A stretch of DNA of 64,000 nt. Source: Chiloscyllium plagiosum. Its lineage: Eukaryota. The stretch spans positions 18,146,157 through 18,210,156 of the forward strand of contig NC_057719.1 of NCBI RefSeq assembly GCF_004010195.1, given 5' to 3'. Each line of letters begins with the position of its first letter. The first letter of the stretch is position 1. A program made the translations under genes and the position numbers. This document shows positions 62,431 through 64,000 of the stretch, piece by piece. Below the pieces are notes generated by a model. That model ran no database searches and was not told where the DNA came from. It worked only from the letters and a program-made list of their open reading frames with translations.

Positions 62431-64000
62431 TTTATCTCCACACTTCTGGTCTGGAAGTGACACTTACGGTCAAATCTAGTTTCACTATATCCTTGCCTTC
62501 ACAGAGGCTCTTGTCTATACAACATCTTCATTGAAGGGGCTTCACAGGACTATCAGAGTTGCAAATAAAAAGAACATCTCTGAATCGCGTTACGGGTGTT
62601 TCTCTTGAGATGGCAAAACCTGGCCTGATCTCCCAAACTGGAACTTGTTTATTGTGGTTGGTTGTAAAACCTTTCTGATGTCCACAAAAACCTTTTCAAT
62701 CTAAAGCAGGGCCTCAAAAACTAATTTAAAAAAAACACCATGGCTGTAGAAATATTTATAAATTAATAATTAACTAAAACCTGTATGTTAACAACTCAAA
62801 AACCAAAAGCCCGAAATTACAGTAAATGATGTATATAATCACGTAGTTTAAATCACAGTATAGAAAAAGAAGTATTTCTTTTTGGGTTTGAAATGCAATA
62901 GCAGATAAAAAACATATTTTTCTGGTTCAGCAACACAATTTTGGGTTGTTTAACAAATAAATTTATTGGCAAATAACTTGAATGATTACTTTGAGAGGGT
63001 AACAGGATGTACATTTCCAAGGGCAACTTTTAGCCTGAAAGCTTAAGAGCAGCATCAGATATTAGGGACAAAGTGAGAAAATTAGAGACATATTACTTTG
63101 TCATTTGAAATTCCATAAATAATCAAACATTTTTATCTTTGTGTTGTTTGTTAATGTGCAATATTATTGTTTCAGTAAATGTAAATACATGTGTAGTGAG
63201 TTTCAGTGTGGTATGTGTTTTATTTGCAATTAATTCAACATTTGATTTGAACAAATTTGCATCTTACTGCATTTTGGTAGGTTGAATTTTAGTTCTGATA
63301 ATGAAGCCAGATTTCAGTGACTCAGAGTTGGCGGAACTGGGTGATGTGGACATCATCCATTGTGCTGGGTCAATCCTTAACACTTCACTGTGCCATTCAC
63401 ACCTGGGATCTACTCAGTCATCTAGAGCTTAACTGGTGCCGTAACTAATGCCCTGAAACATGACTTGTGCTCAAATAGTGATAACTTGTGTAGAATGGAT
63501 GGCTGTGCTGATGCATTCAATCAAGGTTCAAAGTTATGGCAGCTGCTGTAAAGATATCAAGAAGCAGTTATCTCTAGGTAAAAAGCTAGGTTATCCACAT
63601 TATACCAAACTATGGTAGAAAAAGCAATTCTTGCTTGTTTCATAATGACCTGGGCTGTCAATTTTTTTTTACCTTGAAGTCTGATCTTGAGCAGGAATCG
63701 AATGCTTGCAATACTGTCTGGTTATACATCGCTAGCTCAATTATAATATATTCCACAGTAAGGTAAACAGACAATGCATGCTGGATAAAAGCTGACAATC
63801 CACTCACATCTGGTACTATATGGTACGTGTACATGTGCGCTATAAACTGGGTAAATTATACGCTTGCTGTAGCAAAGGAGTTGACGCTTGACAGCAAGAC
63901 AAGCTGCCTTGATGACGGAGAAGCTGGTATTCATTTGTCGAGTGGCTCAGCTTGCTTTCAGTGGCGTCTCTAAACACAGAGCACACCTCCCACACAAATA

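Larger units (their letters stand above)
60060..62791 (-). mobile_element. Putative LTR-like repeat split by a CR1 LINE
   Basis: TTATGATCCCAGCTGAT... start shared (inverted) with 57200-57271; far end GTTAACA is a guess. Confidence 0.4.

Noticed and set aside
1-64000. CRISPR array, operon or prokaryotic system
   Set aside because: No regularly spaced repeats or gene-dense region; sequence is vertebrate and repeat-rich.

Overview
Non-coding, AT-rich vertebrate DNA, almost certainly from a shark. It carries HE1 V-SINEs, HER1/CR1 LINE 3' ends, Deu-domain SINEs and abundant Penelope-like (PLE) pieces; a bamboo/carpet shark is my inference. No intact protein-coding gene is supportable: recognisable ORF-track hits are decayed retroelement fragments and the rest match nothing I recognise. 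The window reads as a long intron or gene desert with dense, often nested transposons, one 61-N assembly gap and several unique CpG-retaining blocks that look like enhancers. Three signals stand out. (1) A candidate recursive splice site at 739-834: branch point, 122-nt AG-free zone, CAG|GTAAGT. (2) Four dissimilar PLE terminal families, each carrying a minimal hammerhead ribozyme, with compensatory stem-I changes visible between copies. (3) Many short PLE-derived fold-back insertions with 8-16 bp target-site duplications whose inversion points lie at or near the ribozyme. All calls are by eye, repeat boundaries are approximate, and family labels A-D are mine.
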